The notes under the pieces were generated by a model, which did no database searches, had not been told where the DNA came from, and saw only the letters and a list, made by a program, of their open reading frames with translations. From an uncultured Planctomycetota bacterium (GTDB lineage: Bacteria; Planctomycetota; Planctomycetia; Isosphaerales; Isosphaeraceae): a DNA stretch of 64,000 nucleotides. Where the stretch lies: contig CAWJTV010000020.1 of NCBI GenBank assembly GCA_963845755.1, positions 352,001-416,000 on the forward strand. The letters are read 5' to 3'. Within the stretch, counting starts at the first letter, position 1; the number at the start of each line of letters is the position of its first letter. Made by a program: the position numbers and the translations under genes. Of the stretch, positions 42,933-55,359 are shown one piece after another.

Positions 42933-44730
42933 CTACCGCGGCGCCCCGAACATGGGCGAGTGCCGGACGTCGAGCGTCTTGCCATCGCCGAGATACATGT
43001 GGACGCCGCAGGGCAGGCATGGGTCGAAGCTGCGGACGGCGCGCATGATGTCGATCCCCTTGAACTTATCGGGGCCGTTCTCCTCGAAGATCGGCGTGTT
43101 CTGCACGGCGTCTTCATAGGGGCCGGGCGTACCGTAGGTGTCGCGCGGATTGGCGTTCCAGGGAGTCGGCGGGTAGGGGTGATAATTGGCGATCTTCCCA
43201 CCGCGGATCACCACATGGTGCGAGAGCACCCCGCGCACCGCCTCGTGGAAGCCGCAGCCGATCGCCTCGTCGGGGACCTTGAAATCGCTCCAGGTCGCGG
43301 TCCGGCCGGCATTGAGCTCCTTGAACGCCTGCTCCACGAAGTAGAGCGCCGCCGCGGCGGCGTAGACCTGGAAGTAAGTCCGCGCCCGGTCGCGCTCGAT
43401 GGCGTTGCTCCACTTGGGGATCTTCCACTCGAACTCGACTTCCGGCAGCATGGCCGTCTTGGGCAGGTACATCTTGACGCTGTTGCCGGTCGACTTGATG
43501 TAGCCGATGTCGACCAGCCCCGCCAGCGCCGTGGACCAGAGGCGGGCGATCGGACCACCGCCGGTGTCGAGCGCGAGGTGTTCCTTGGTCCGCTTATCGT
43601 ACCATCGCGGCGACATCACCCAGGTGTACTTGCCCTTGAAGTCGCGTTTCTGGGGCTTGGGGATCGTCAACTGGTTCCACGGATGCCGCCGGTCCACCGG
43701 GTTGCCCAGCGGGTCGGTCTTCACGAACGTCTCGGAGTTCTCCCAGTCATCGTAGTACGAGCTGCCCAGGAGGATGCGGATGTTGAGGTTGATGTCGACC
43801 AGGTCGGTGGTGACGAGCTTGCCGTCGACCACCACGCCGGGGGTCACGTACATCGCCGCGGCCCCACTTGGTCATGGTCCTGTAGTCGTAATCGCATACG
43901 TCGGGATTCTGGAACGAGCCCCAGCAGCCCAGCAGGATGCGACGGCGGCCGACCTCCTCGTAGCCGGGCAGCGCCTCGTAGAAAAAGTCGAAGAGGTCGT
44001 CGTGGAGCGGGACGACCTTCTTCATGAACTCGACGTACTTCATCAGCCGGACGAGGTAATCGGTGAAAAGCTGGACGGTCGGCACGGTCCCGACGCCGCC
44101 CGGGTAGAGGGTTGAAGGATGGACGTGCCGCCCTTCCATCAGGCAGAACATCTCCCGGGTCATCCGGCTCATCTGCAAGGCTTCGCGGTAGAAGCTGCCG
44201 GTGAACGGGTTGAGGGCCCTCATGATGTCGGCGATCGTCTTGAAACCATGCAAATGGGCGTGGGGCGACTCGGTGCGCTCGGCTTTCTCCAGCACGCCGG
44301 GATTCGTCTCCTTGACCATCTGCTCGCAGAAGTCGACGCCCACCAGGTTATCCTGGAAGATGTTGTGGTCGAACATGTATTCGGCCGCCTCGCCGAGGTT
44401 GACGATCCATTCTCCGAGGGCGGGCGGTCGGACGCCGAATGCCATGTTCTGGGCGTAGTTGGCGCAGGTGGCGTGGTTGTCGCCGCAAATGCCGCAGATC
44501 CGGCTGGTGATGAAATGGGCATCGCGGGGATCCTTGCCCTTCATGAAGATGCTGTAGCCGCGGAAAATCGACGAGGTGCTGTGGCACTCGGCGACCCGGC
44601 GGCTGGCGAAGTCGATCTTGGTGTAGATGCCCAGGCTGCCGACGATCCGGGTGATCGGGTCCCAGGACATCTCGACCAGGTTCCCGGTCTGGGCGGGGGC
44701 CTCAGGCTCGGTCAGTGTTGCGGTTGCCAT
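42933..44730 (-). CDS. hhyL: [NiFe]-hydrogenase large subunit, group 1h type; frameshift near 43857
   Basis: L1 SRICGICGDNH, L2 SFDPCLPCGVH, WDPITRIVGSLG; C-terminal extension after His. Confidence 0.93.
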
Positions 44731-44745
44731 GGAGAGGCTCCTTTC

Positions 44746-45819
44746 TCAGCGGGCGGCATAAGTGGTGGGGTGATATCCGGTGGTCAACTCGGGGCGTTTG
44801 TGCCGCCACTTGGGCTCCTGGTCGAGCGAGCGGTTGGTAAAGCCGCGGAGGGCTCGAATGATCCGGCCGTACATGCCGATGGCCGTCGAGGACAGCTTCG
44901 AGCCGGGAGGCGCGTCCATGAACGGCATGAACTTGTCCGGGAAACCGGGCATGGTGCAACCGATGCAGATCCCGCCGACGTTGGGGCAGCCGCCGAGGCC
45001 GGCCATCCAGCCGCGCTTGGGCACGTTGCACTGGACCACCGGGCCCCAGCAACCCATCTTGACCAGGCATTTGGGGGACCCGTACTCGTGGGCGAAGTCG
45101 CCCTGTTCGTAATAGCCCGCGCGGTCGCAGCCCTCATGCACCGTCTTGCCGAACAGCCAGGTGGGTCGATGCGCATCGTCCAGGGGGATCATCGGCGAGA
45201 GGCCCGCGGCCTGGTACAGCAGATACAGGAATGTCTCCATGAAGTTGTCAGGTTGAACCGGGCAGCCGGGCACGCAGACGATCGGAATCCCCGCCTTGGT
45301 CTTCCAATCCCAGCCGAGGTAGTCGAGCAGTCCCATGCAGCCGGTGGGGTTGCCCTCCATCGCGTGAATGCCGCCGTAGGTCGCACAGGTGCCGCACGCC
45401 ACGACGGCCAGCGCCTTGGGCGCCAGGCGGTCGATCCAATCGCAGGTCGGGATCGGCTGGCCGGTCTTCTTGTCGGTCCCGAGCGCGGCCCAGTAGCCCT
45501 CCTTCTTGATCTTCTCGTTGGGGATCGAGCCCTCCACCACCAGGACGAAGGGGTCGAGCCGCCCCTCCTCGGCCTGGTACCAGTAACTCATGAACTCGTC
45601 GCCGTTCTCGTAGGCGAGGACAGGATTGTGCAGGTGGACCTTGGGGAGCCCGGGGATCGCGCCCAGGATCACGTCCTCGATGCTGGGCTGGGTCGCGGCG
45701 GTGATGGAGACCGAGTCGCCGTCGCAACCGAGTCCCGCCGTGATCCAGACGACATGTACCTCCTTCACGGCGGGCGCCTTCTGCGTCTTGCGTCCGTAGG
45801 GGACTGTCGCTTCGGCCAT
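44746..45819 (-). CDS. hhyS: [NiFe]-hydrogenase small subunit, group 1h type, no Tat leader
   Basis: GLGCDGDS, ACGTCATYGG, PGCPVQP, VHEGCDRAGYY, CLVKMGCWGP, CPNVGGICIGC. Confidence 0.93.
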   Translation of the reverse strand: MAEATVPYGRKTQKAPAVKEVHVVWITAGLGCDGDSVSITAATQPSIEDVILGAIPGLPKVHLHNPVLAYENGDEFMSYWYQAEEGRLDPFVLVVEGSIPNEKIKKEGYWAALGTDKKTGQPIPTCDWIDRLAPKALAVVACGTCATYGGIHAMEGNPTGCMGLLDYLGWDWKTKAGIPIVCVPGCPVQPDNFMETFLYLLYQAAGLSPMIPLDDAHRPTWLFGKTVHEGCDRAGYYEQGDFAHEYGSPKCLVKMGCWGPVVQCNVPKRGWMAGLGGCPNVGGICIGCTMPGFPDKFMPFMDAPPGSKLSSTAIGMYGRIIRALRGFTNRSLDQEPKWRHKRPELTTGYHPTTYAAR

Positions 45820-45877
45820 CTCGGGTTCTCCTTTCGGCCTGGGTCCACGGATCGAAACGAATGAGGGGACGGATGGT

Positions 45878-46999
45878 TCAGCAGATCCTCGGCAACTGTT
45901 CTCCTGCCAGCATGGTGACGACACGTTCGCCGCCCACCACCGAGCGCATGGTGACCATGCCCGCGTGTTCGGCGACGACCTCTCCAATGATTGCTGCCTG
46001 ACGTCCGAGCGGATGAGCCTGCATGGCCTGCACGACGCGGGCGGCATCCGCGGGCGGTACGACCGCGATGAGCTTCCCTTCGTTGGCCACATACAGGGGA
46101 TCGAGACCGAGCATCTCGCAGGCGCCCCGGACCTCATTACGGACAGGGATCGCCTCCTCGACGAGCCGGACCCCGACTTGTGAGGCGACGGCCAGTTCGT
46201 TCAAGGTACTCGAGACACCACCGCGGGTCGGGTCGCGCATGGTGCGGATCTCGGGGCAAGCCGCGAGCATGGTGCGGACCAGCCCGGTGAGCGGCGCACA
46301 GTCGCTCTCCAGCATCGTCTCGAATTCGATCCCCTCGCGCACCGACATGATCGCAATCCCGTGGTCGCCGATCGTCCCCGAAACCACAATGCAATCACCG
46401 GGCCGCGCGGCTGCGATCGAGAGATTTCGCCCTTCCGGGACCACGCCGATGCCCGATGTCGTGATGAAGACCTGGTCCCCCTTGCCCCGATCCACGACTT
46501 TCGTGTCCCCCGTGACCAGCGATACCCCCGCCTCATCGCACGCGGCGCGCATCGAGGCGACGATCCGCATCAAGTCCGACAACGCCAATCCTTCCTCGAG
46601 GATGAATGCCGCCGAGAGGAAAAGCGGCTCGGCCCCGCCCACCGCCAGGTCGTTCACCGTGCCGTGAACCGCCAGCCGACCGATGTCGCCACCCGGGAAG
46701 AAGAGCGGCTTGACCACGAACGAATCCGTCGTGAACGCGAGTCGCGGCGCCTTCACACCGTTGTCGCCACCGAGCCGGAGGGTCGCCTGGTCCTCCAGCC
46801 GGGCGAGCACGTCGTTGCCGAACGCGGGGACGAAAAGACGTCCGATCAACTCGGCGGTCAACCAGCCGCCGCTGCCGTGCCCGAGCACGATCTGGTCGTA
46901 CTGAGAGCGCGGGATCGGACAGGAACCGAAGAGCTCGGGAGCGAGGCTCGAGCCGGGATCGGTCGTGTCAGATGACGTCTTCTTCCCCGCGGATGACAT
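45878..46999 (-). CDS. hypE: Carbamoyl dehydratase HypE
   Basis: GHGSGG, TTDSFVV, GTVNDLA, RDPTRGG, C-terminal PRIC. Confidence 0.97.
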   Translation of the reverse strand: MSSAGKKTSSDTTDPGSSLAPELFGSCPIPRSQYDQIVLGHGSGGWLTAELIGRLFVPAFGNDVLARLEDQATLRLGGDNGVKAPRLAFTTDSFVVKPLFFPGGDIGRLAVHGTVNDLAVGGAEPLFLSAAFILEEGLALSDLMRIVASMRAACDEAGVSLVTGDTKVVDRGKGDQVFITTSGIGVVPEGRNLSIAAARPGDCIVVSGTIGDHGIAIMSVREGIEFETMLESDCAPLTGLVRTMLAACPEIRTMRDPTRGGVSSTLNELAVASQVGVRLVEEAIPVRNEVRGACEMLGLDPLYVANEGKLIAVVPPADAARVVQAMQAHPLGRQAAIIGEVVAEHAGMVTMRSVVGGERVVTMLAGEQLPRIC

Positions 47000-47600
47000 G
47001 GATCAAGTCCCACAAAATGTGCAGCAGAGTCTCATGCGTTTCCTGAATACGATGGATGCTGAAGCTGGGGACTGTAAAGCAGTAGTCACAGATCTCGGGC
47101 ATTCGCCCACCGTCACGGCCGGAGAAGCCCACGGTCCGCATTCCCAGTTCGCGTGCCGCCTGGAGTGCGCGGTTGACGTTGGCCGACTTCCCGCTGGTCG
47201 AGATGCCCAGGGCCAGGTCGCCGGCGCGGCCCAGCATCCGGAGCTGCTCGATGAAGGTCATGGAGAAATCCTGGTCGTTGCCGACCGCCGTGAGGAACGC
47301 CGTGTCGGTCGTCAGCGCCATGGCCGGCAGCGCCGGACGTTTTTCGATGATCGGGTGCATGAACTCGACCGAGACATGCGCCGCATCGCACGAGCTGCCG
47401 CCGTTGCCCATGACGAAGAGCCGGCCCCCTTCGTCGAAGGCCCGCGCCATGGCGGTGGCGCACTCGGTGATCCGATCGGCATTCTCGTTGAAGAACTGCT
47501 CCTTCGTCGCCATGCTCTCGCGGCACTTGCGCAGGATCGCCGCGTGCAACACGTCGGAAGCGGACGCTCGGGGCGCGTTCGGGTCGGCGATGACGGCCAT
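46968..47600 (-). CDS. gmhA: SIS-domain protein, GmhA (phosphoheptose isomerase)-like
   Basis: GNGGSSCDAAH, TAVGND, STSGKSAN, RIQETH. Confidence 0.8.
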   Translation of the reverse strand: MAVIADPNAPRASASDVLHAAILRKCRESMATKEQFFNENADRITECATAMARAFDEGGRLFVMGNGGSSCDAAHVSVEFMHPIIEKRPALPAMALTTDTAFLTAVGNDQDFSMTFIEQLRMLGRAGDLALGISTSGKSANVNRALQAARELGMRTVGFSGRDGGRMPEICDYCFTVPSFSIHRIQETHETLLHILWDLIHVIRGEEDVI

Positions 47601-48781
47601 CAGAGGGTTCCTCCGATCTGGACCAGTTGGGGGTCGGCAAGGGGACTCACCTCGGCGGATCCTGACCCATCGGCCCGCCTCGTCCTGGCCGCCTCGAGAT
47701 GGCGGCCGTACGCGTAGTACGCCGCGCAGGCGCCCTCGGACGAGACCATCGTGGCGCCCAAAGGCATCTGCGGAGTACACTCCTTGCCGAATGCGGGGCA
47801 GTCGTGCGGCTTCTTGAGCCCCTTGAGGATCTGTCCGCTGATGCAGAGCGGCGACTCCTGCGTCTCGACGTCGTCCACCTCGAAGAGCCGCTCGGCATCG
47901 TGGGCCCGATACTCGTAGCGCAGCTTGAAACCGCTCTTGGGGATCAGGCCGACCCCGCGCCACTTGCGGTCGCAGACCTCGAACACGTCGTCGATCAGTC
48001 GCCTCGAATCGAGGTTCCCCTCGCGACGGACGACCCGGGCATAGGGGTTCTCGACCTCGGCGCGGCCGGCTTCGAGCTGCTGGATGGTAAGATAGACCCC
48101 TTCGAGCAGGTCGACCGGCTCGAAGCCGGTGACCACGATCGGAACCCGGTATCGGCGGGCGATCGGCTCATATTCCGTGTGACCCATCACGGTGCAGACA
48201 TGCCCCGGTCCCAGGAAGCCCTGGACCCGATTCCCCGGCGCCTGGAGGATGGCCGTGATCATCGGCGGCACGAGCACGTGGGAGACCAGCACGCTGAAGT
48301 TCGTCAGGCGTCTCTTGTGGGCCATCGCGACAGCCATGGCGTTGGGGGGCGCCGTCGTCTCGAAGCCGATCGCGAAGAACACCACGTTGCGGTCCGGGTT
48401 CGCGGCCGCGAGGTTCACGGCGTCCAGCGGTGAATAGACGATCCGGATGTCGCTGCCTCGCGACTTGAGCTGCAAGAGGTCGCCGCGCGAACCGGGCACG
48501 CGGAGCATGTCGCCAAACGAGCAGAAGATGACCTTGGGCCGGGAGGCGATCGCATGCGCGCGGTCGATCATCTCCAACGAGGTGACGCAGACCGGACAGC
48601 CGGGGCCGTGCACCAGCTCGACTTCCGCGGGCAGGATCCGGTCGATCCCGTATTTGACGATGCTGTGCGTTTGACCGCCGCAGACCTCCATGATGGTCCA
48701 GGGCCGGGTCACAATCCGCGCGATCGCACTCGACAACTTACGAACGGCCGACCTGTCGCGGTATTCGTCGAGATGTTTCAT
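47600..48781 (-). CDS. hypD: Hydrogenase maturation factor HypD
   Basis: [41 protein letters not shown]. Confidence 0.97.
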   Translation of the reverse strand: MKHLDEYRDRSAVRKLSSAIARIVTRPWTIMEVCGGQTHSIVKYGIDRILPAEVELVHGPGCPVCVTSLEMIDRAHAIASRPKVIFCSFGDMLRVPGSRGDLLQLKSRGSDIRIVYSPLDAVNLAAANPDRNVVFFAIGFETTAPPNAMAVAMAHKRRLTNFSVLVSHVLVPPMITAILQAPGNRVQGFLGPGHVCTVMGHTEYEPIARRYRVPIVVTGFEPVDLLEGVYLTIQQLEAGRAEVENPYARVVRREGNLDSRRLIDDVFEVCDRKWRGVGLIPKSGFKLRYEYRAHDAERLFEVDDVETQESPLCISGQILKGLKKPHDCPAFGKECTPQMPLGATMVSSEGACAAYYAYGRHLEAARTRRADGSGSAEVSPLADPQLVQIGGTL

Positions 48782-49026
48782 GGCGGCGCCTTCAATTCGT
48801 CCAGTTGATCCATGCTTTCGAGGAACGCGAAGACGCGACGGGCCTCGGCCTCGTCGATGCGCGAAAGCGCGAAGCCCACGTGGACCAGCACGTAATCGTC
48901 GGGGACGGCCTCGGGCACGTGCTCCAGGCACACGCGCCGGGAGACCCCGCCGAACTCGACTTTCCCCATCAGGATGTCGTGTTCGCGATAGGTCTCAACG
49001 ACCTTCCCCGGGATGGCAAGACACAT
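48778..49026 (-). CDS. hypC: Hydrogenase maturation chaperone HypC
   Basis: [16 protein letters not shown]. Confidence 0.96.
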   Translation of the reverse strand: MCLAIPGKVVETYREHDILMGKVEFGGVSRRVCLEHVPEAVPDDYVLVHVGFALSRIDEAEARRVFAFLESMDQLDELKAPP

Positions 49027-51316
49027 CAACACCTCCCTCGGTCATTCGTACCTGGGCCACGGCGATGGCGAGCTGGCCCAGGCACAGTCCGCCGTCGTTC
49101 GGGGGCACGAGATGATGTCGGAAGACTCGGAACCCGTCGCCCGTCAGCCTGACCTCGACTTCGGCCGTCAGAAGGGCATTGAGGAACACACCGCCGCTGA
49201 GCACCACGGCATCGAGCCCGGTCTTCAACCGCAAACGCCCGCAAACCCGCGCCACGACTTCCACGATCGTCGAATGGAACCGTCGGGCGATCTTCGCCGG
49301 CACCACTCCGCGACGGGCCTCATCGGCGATCACGAGGACCATCGGCCGCATGTCGATCACGAGCGGATCCACGTTGCCGGTCTCCAGGATCTCGAACGGA
49401 TAGGCTCCCTCGGGCATGACCTCGGATGCGAGCCACTCCAGCTCCATGGCCGCCTGTCCCTCGAAGCTCACTCGTTGCCGGACACCGGCCAGTGCAGCCA
49501 CCGCATCGAAGAGCCGTCCCATGCTGGTGGTTCGCGGCGCATTGAACCGGCCCTCGATCATCCGCTCAATCAGGCGCCGCGATGGGAGTGGGATGATCTC
49601 TGATAAATTCGCAAGTGTCTTGCCTGCGTCGATCAGATGGGCCGCCGCCATCCGCCAGGGCTCCCGGATCGCCTGTTCGCCGCCGGGCATCCCAACCGGA
49701 CGAAGATGAGCCGATCTGCGATAGTCGCGATAATCCCCCGTCAGAAACTCACCGCCCCAGATGACTCCATCGGTCCCGAACCCGCTGCCGTCAAAGGTGA
49801 CGCCGATCACCGGCTCATCCAGGCCATGCTCGGCCATGCAACTGGCCATGTGCGCGTGATGGTGCTGAACGGCGATCTTCGAGGTCGCGCCCGAATGGTT
49901 CCGTGCATAATTCGTCGATTGATAATCGGCGTGCAAATCGTGGACCAACACCTCTGGCCGCAGGTCGAAAAGCTGTTCGTAATGGTCGATCGCTTCGCGG
50001 TAGGCGCGGTAGGCTTCGTAATGGTCGAGATCGCCGATATGGTGACTGAGGAACGCGTGATGTCCGCGTCCCATCGCGAACGTCGTCTTGAGTTGGCCGC
50101 CGAGGGCGAGGGTCGGCCGTCGGCACTCGACCGGCAGGGAGATCGATCGCGGTGCGTCGCCTCGCGAGCGGCGAATCGGCAACTCGGCCCCGGCGACGAC
50201 CCGCGTCACCGAGTCGTCGCAACGGAGATGAATCGGCCGATCGTGGGTGAGGAAGAAGTCGGCGATCCCTGCCAGACGCTCGCACGCATCCCGATCGTCG
50301 TAAGAGATGGGCTCGTCGGACTGATTCCCGCTCGTCATCACCAAGGGCGTACCGCCTAGCTCGCGCAGGAGCAGATGGTGCAAGGGCGTATAGGGGAGCA
50401 TCACGCCGAGCCAGGGATTGCGCGGTGCGATTCCCTCGGCCAGGCAAACGCTCGCCCGACGGCGCAGCAGGACGATGGGTCGGCGAGGCGCGAGGAGCAG
50501 GGTTTCCTCTTCGGGAGAGACCTCACAAAGCTCGCTGCACTGCGGCGATGTCCACGACCATGATCGCGAACGGCTTCTCGTCGCGATGCTTCCGCCGGCG
50601 GAGCTCGGCCGACAGCCTGCTCGTTCCCCGCGACACAGGCCAGGTGATAGCCGCCCAGTCCCTTGATCGCCCCGATCATCCCCTTCTGGAGGGCCGCGGT
50701 CGCATGCGCGACGGGATCGGCCGTCTCGATCGGTCGTCCCCGATGGTCGAGGTAGGTGAGCTGTGGCCCGCAAGCCGGACAGGCGGTGGGCTGGGCGTGG
50801 AATCGTCGGTTGGTCGGATCCTCGTACTCGGCCCGACAGGCGGGACACATGGCGAAGGCGGCCATGCTCGTCCGCTCGCGGTCGTACGGTGTCCCCGTGA
50901 CGATGGTGAGCCGAGGCCCGCAGTTGGTGCAGTTGAGGAACGGATACCGATATCGGCGGTCGTCGGGATCGAAAAGGTCCGCCAGGCAATCCGCGCAGGT
51001 CGCGATATCGGGCGAGATGAAAATCGGACCGGTCTCGTCGAGCACGCTGGACTCGATCCGGAACGAGAGGTCTCCCACGCGGCGGCTGGGACGACCAGTG
51101 CAGTTCGTCGATCCGGGCCAGGGGCGGCGGCTGGGTCGTCAGCTCGGCGAGGAATCGATCCAGGGAGCTCGGCTCCCCCTCCACCTCGATGAGGACGCCG
51201 CCGGTGCAGTTTCGGATACAGCCACGAAGGCCCAGCCGGGACGCGAGCCGGTAGATGTGGGGTCGAAATCCGACACCCTGGACGATCCCGCTGATGGTGA
51301 TCGCGCGACGGATCAT
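48995..51316 (-). CDS. hypF: Carbamoyltransferase HypF; frameshifts near 51075 and 50600-50540
   Basis: [10 protein letters not shown] acylphosphatase domain; zinc fingers [41 protein letters not shown]. Confidence 0.93.
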   Translation of the reverse strand: MIRRAITISGIVQGVGFRPHIYRLASRLGLRGCIRNCTGGVLIEVEGEPSSLDRFLAELTTQPPPLARIDELHWSSQPPRGRPLVPDRVQRARRDRSDFHLARYRDLRGLPGGPFRSRRPPISVSVPQLHQLRASAHHRHGDTVRPRADEHGRLRHVSRLSGRVRGSDQPTIPRPAHRLSGLRATAHLPRPSGTTDRDGRSRRACDRGPPEGDDRGDQGTGRLSPGLCRGERAGCRPSSAGGSIATRSRSRSWSWTSPQCSELCEVSPEEETLLLAPRRPIVLLRRRASVCLAEGIAPRNPWLGVMLPYTPLHHLLLRELGGTPLVMTSGNQSDEPISYDDRDACERLAGIADFFLTHDRPIHLRCDDSVTRVVAGAELPIRRSRGDAPRSISLPVECRRPTLALGGQLKTTFAMGRGHHAFLSHHIGDLDHYEAYRAYREAIDHYEQLFDLRPEVLVHDLHADYQSTNYARNHSGATSKIAVQHHHAHMASCMAEHGLDEPVIGVTFDGSGFGTDGVIWGGEFLTGDYRDYRRSAHLRPVGMPGGEQAIREPWRMAAAHLIDAGKTLANLSEIIPLPSRRLIERMIEGRFNAPRTTSMGRLFDAVAALAGVRQRVSFEGQAAMELEWLASEVMPEGAYPFEILETGNVDPLVIDMRPMVLVIADEARRGVVPAKIARRFHSTIVEVVARVCGRLRLKTGLDAVVLSGGVFLNALLTAEVEVRLTGDGFRVFRHHLVPPNDGGLCLGQLAIAVAQVRMTEGGVDVSCHPGEGR

Positions 51317-53657
51317 GCAGCGCGCTCCGGCCGATCGCTTCCTTGCGATGGAGCCACGGTCCGCGAATCGTGGTTGTGCTGGGGTTCTTCTTGTACTTTG
51401 GGGGGTGCCGGTGACCCTGTCAACCCACCGTCCTTCGACCAATGGTGAGACGACGGTATAGCGATGGAGCCGTCATGTCCGATTCCTCGTCGGGCCGATC
51501 GACCTCATGGCACAGCTCATGGTACAAGCAAAAGGGCGGAGGGGACTCGATTCGGATCGTGCAGCCGCAGGAAAGTGTAACCGATCCCGGCGGTTCCCAA
51601 CATCAAGGAGGGGTTTGGGCCGCCGGAGTAAAGGCCCGAGGGCCAGTCGCCCGAGTCTGAGTGGCGGGCGATCAAGGCGCGCGCCGCGGCGAGGGCGCCG
51701 TCGCGACACGATGAATCATCGAGCGTCTCGCCGGCGATGAATAGGATCTCGATCAATCCTCCCAGGCCGTGGCATGGGGTTGCGTCGCACCGCGGCGACG
51801 CGAGTTTCTGCTCGATCGCAACACGGGTCGTAGCGATCCCGACTCGGGCCATCGCGAGGTAGTCGTTCCTACACTCCGGGTCGAGCGTGGCGGCACGCAG
51901 CCGCGCCAGAGCAATCCCGGGTGCCCCATGGCACCAGGCCGTTTCGAAACGCAAGCGGCCCGAGCGACGTTTCCGATCGGCCCAGTTGCCATGTTCCGGT
52001 TCGAACAGCGTATCCTCGAATTCAAATGCTCGACGAGCGGCATCCCGGAAATCGACACGTCCGGTCGCCGCGTGGAGCTCGAGCAAGGCCAGGCCGATTC
52101 CGGCCGCGCCGTGGGAGATACCACTGTAGAGCAACTCGGCGGGCGCCGGATCGGTCGCGGAGTCTCCCTCCTGGGGCTGCAAGACCACTCGCCAGAGATC
52201 GGATCGGATTAGATCCTCACCGAGCGTCGTCGCGAGATCGCAGCAGCGCTCCAGGCCGGGCGACTTGCTCAATACGAGGATGCCGGGATCGCCCCGGCAT
52301 TCCCGGCGATCACGTTGACCATGTGGGGCAAAGAAACCGCCTCGACTACCCGATCCAGTATCGATTCGGCCTGGGCGAATCGTTCCTCGGACCGCGTCAG
52401 GTTCCCCATTCTCCAGGCCACATATGCCACTCCCAGATCCCCGCTGAAGAACGACAGTGGAGAGAGGGGCTGCTTCACGGGCCAACGCTCGAACTGACGA
52501 ATCGAGCGGGCCACGGCTCCGTCGGAAATGCGCCGAAACTCGTCGTCGCCGACCGCCGCATCGAGTTGCGCCAGGAATAGCGCCATGCCTGCGGAGCCCC
52601 CGTAGAGATCCGGTCCGAGGGCTGCCGATGCCGGCGTGATCATGCCATCGGTCTGGGCGACCTCGTCGGTTGATCGGCCGATCCAGTTGCAGAACCGGCC
52701 CTCCCGGTCCCAATATGCCGATCGACAAAGGCTCCGACCGATCTGGATGGCTGCTCCAAGAAGCGACGCTGACGCGGGGTGAGCCGGCCCGAACTTGAAG
52801 GTCTCAGGCGTTCTCTCGCGATCTGCGGTCTTCTCGTCGCTCGCCCAGGCAGACGACAACGCCCCAGGGTCGTAATCTTCCCTCGAACCCGGCCCCAGAT
52901 GAGGTCGGAGTGGATCGAGACTCTGGCGGATGAATGCCGCCGCCAAGGCGTCGGCACGACGACAGCGATCGACTTGCCCGCTCAGGAACGATTGCCATAG
53001 GGACTCCGCAACGAGCTGGCATCGATGTTCGCCGAAACTCAACGAACCGCTCGGGTCTTCCGCGAACCCCAATCCGTCGGCCAGCCGCTTGGTGAAGAGA
53101 GGTACCTCCGGGCGAAGTCCGGATGCCACGCTCGAGTAGATGCGGCCGATGACCGCCTCGACCCGGGCCCGGTATCGGCGGCGCAAATAGATCACGCCTG
53201 CATCGGCGCGGTGGTAAGCGTGCGGGTGTCTGAGCACCTTGACCTGGAATGGGAGCCGCGATTCGTTCAAGAGTGAGGTGGCCGTGGCGATGAACGAGAC
53301 CGCCGCGCTGGCTTTCAAGTGCCAATAATAGCGCACGAGGGAGTCCACCCCATCGCGGCTGCTATCGGAGTCATTCTCTTCATCCCCGATGGCGAGATAG
53401 TAGCCCGGGACCAGATTGCGCAGCTCCTTCGCGACTCGAACCGAACAGATTTCGCCAGGCCGGATCGAGCCGTTCTGAACGCGCACATCCGTCGCCTTTG
53501 CCCAGAACTCGACGCCCTCTCTTGCGACCACAATCCGTCCGTCCTCCGCGAGCCGGAGGACAGACCAACCCGACTCCCAGTGCCCTCGGCCGGCGTTGGC
53601 CGCCGAAAGGGCGGCGAGCAGGTCACGCTCGGCGAGCTCATCGCGCTGGGTTAGGGG

Positions 53658-55149
53658 CAATACCGTTGAAATAGGCGCAAGCCACAGCCTCCTGTTACTT
53701 TGGGTTTACTCACGACCCAAGCAACACGGAGGCCATGACTCGCATGCCGCACGGACATTGCACGCTGCCGCCCGATGCGTCGGGCCGGATCTTGGATCGC
53801 TTGGCGGGACTGGAACAGATTATCTCGCCCGAGGCCGTTCGCCAAGTCCTCGCGGCCACCGGTAAAACCAATCAACGACGTTGCACACTGACCCACGAGA
53901 TTGTTTGCTGGGTGGTCCTGGCCATGGGGCTGTTGACCGACTTGCCGATCCGCCAAGTCTTCAAGCATGCACGCCGGCTCCGAGTCGGCGAGGAGAGTCC
54001 CCATCGATCCAGCCTGTGTGTGGCCCGGCAACGCCTGGGCATCGCGCCGGTCCGCCACCTGTTCGAGCACGTCGTTCATCCTCTGGCCCGGCCCGATACG
54101 CCCGGAGCCTTCTACCGCGGGTTCCGCCTGGTCGGCATCGATGGGACCGTCTACGATGTCCCCGACTCGGAGGCCAACGCCGTGGCCTTCGGCGCCCCTC
54201 GGCCGGGCCGCGCGGCGACGGGGCGTTCCCCCAAGTCCGCAAGCTGAGCCTGGTCGAATTGGGGACCCACATCGAACTGGCCTTCGTGGTCCGGTCGATC
54301 GCCCACGGCGAACCGTCGATGGTCGGCGGCTTGCTCCGCCATCTGACTCCGGAGATGCTCCTGTTGGAGGATCGCGGGTTTTTCAGCTATGACCACTGGA
54401 AAACGGCGATGTTGCGGGGCGTCAAGCTGTTGGCACGCGTGAAAAGCGGCTTGATCCTCAAGTCGATCCAAAACCTGGCGGATGGCTCGTACCTGGCCAA
54501 GATTTATCGGGGTTGCTACGACCGTCAGATCGATCGGGATGGGATCGTCGTCCGGGTGATCCGCTATACACTGGACGACCCGCAACGAGTCGGACACGGT
54601 GAAACTCATGTGCTGATCACGAATCTCCTTGACGCGGAGCTTTATCCTGCTGAAGAATTGATCATTCTTTATCACGAGAGATGGGAACAGGAGTTGGTCT
54701 ATGACGAGCAAAAGACCCATCATGATCCGCGGCGGGCGACCAAGCCGGCACAGATGCGGAGCGAGACCCCGGCGGGGGTGATCCAGGAGATCTATGCGCT
54801 GTCGCTGGGTCATTTCGTGATCCGAGCCTTGATGGTTGCGGCCGCCGGGACCGTGGGGCTGGACCCGGATCGGCTGTCGTTTCTGGGGTGCTTCCAGATC
54901 CTCAAGTGCCGGTTGCCAGAATGCAACAGCTCGACCCCCGAGGCGTTCGAGGAGTGGTATCAGCGGATTATTGTGGGAGATGCAGGGGGAACGCACCGAT
55001 GACGAAGTGCGGAGGAACCGGATCAATCCGCGAGTGATCAAGCGTAAAGATGTCGAAATGGAAGAAGAAACGATCCCAAACATCGACACATTCCGCCCTT
55101 GAAGAAAACCTTTGCAGAGACAGTGGTTATGCTTCGTTAAACGGTATTG
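53658..55149 (+). mobile_element. IS4-family insertion sequence, 1492 bp, 10-bp target-site duplication GGGTTAGGGG
   Basis: Left end CAATACCGTTGAAATAGGC, right end reverse complement CAATACCGTTTAACGAAGC; TSD at 53648-53657 and 55150-55159. Confidence 0.93.
53735..55140 (+). CDS. IS4-family DDE transposase; frameshifts near 54195, 54965 and 55045
   Basis: LVGIDGT, LLLEDRGF, LYHERWEQELVYDEQK (Y-R-E-K signature); N-terminal ARQRLG.APV..LF; stop TAA lies in right TIR. Confidence 0.9.
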
Positions 55150-55359
55150 GGGTTAGGGGAGGCGGGGAAGGTCGGAGATAGAGCCACTCGTAAAGGTGGT
55201 CCGCAAGCGCCAAGGTGAGGAGAGTCGGCCCGGCCGTGGAGGACGATTCGGAGAGGGCGTCGTCCGGGATCTCGCGCAGCCTGCCGAGCAGGGCATAGCG
55301 CGATGGTGACAGGATCTCCACCGCGTCGAGAATCGTCAGGAGATCATCGTGGACAGGAG

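Noticed and set aside
53648..53657. Telomere-like GGGTTAGGGG
   Set aside because: It is the IS target-site duplication of coding sequence (Pro-Leu-Thr codons on minus strand)
51517..53660. Class II LanM or class III/IV LanKC/LanL synthetase
   Set aside because: No LanM dehydratase or protein-kinase domain fused; the N-terminal half is HopA1-like and the kinase is a separate APH-fold gene
52900..53660. Type III secretion effector (HopA1 name)
   Set aside because: No T3SS genes; kinase and LanC context indicates a RiPP lyase role
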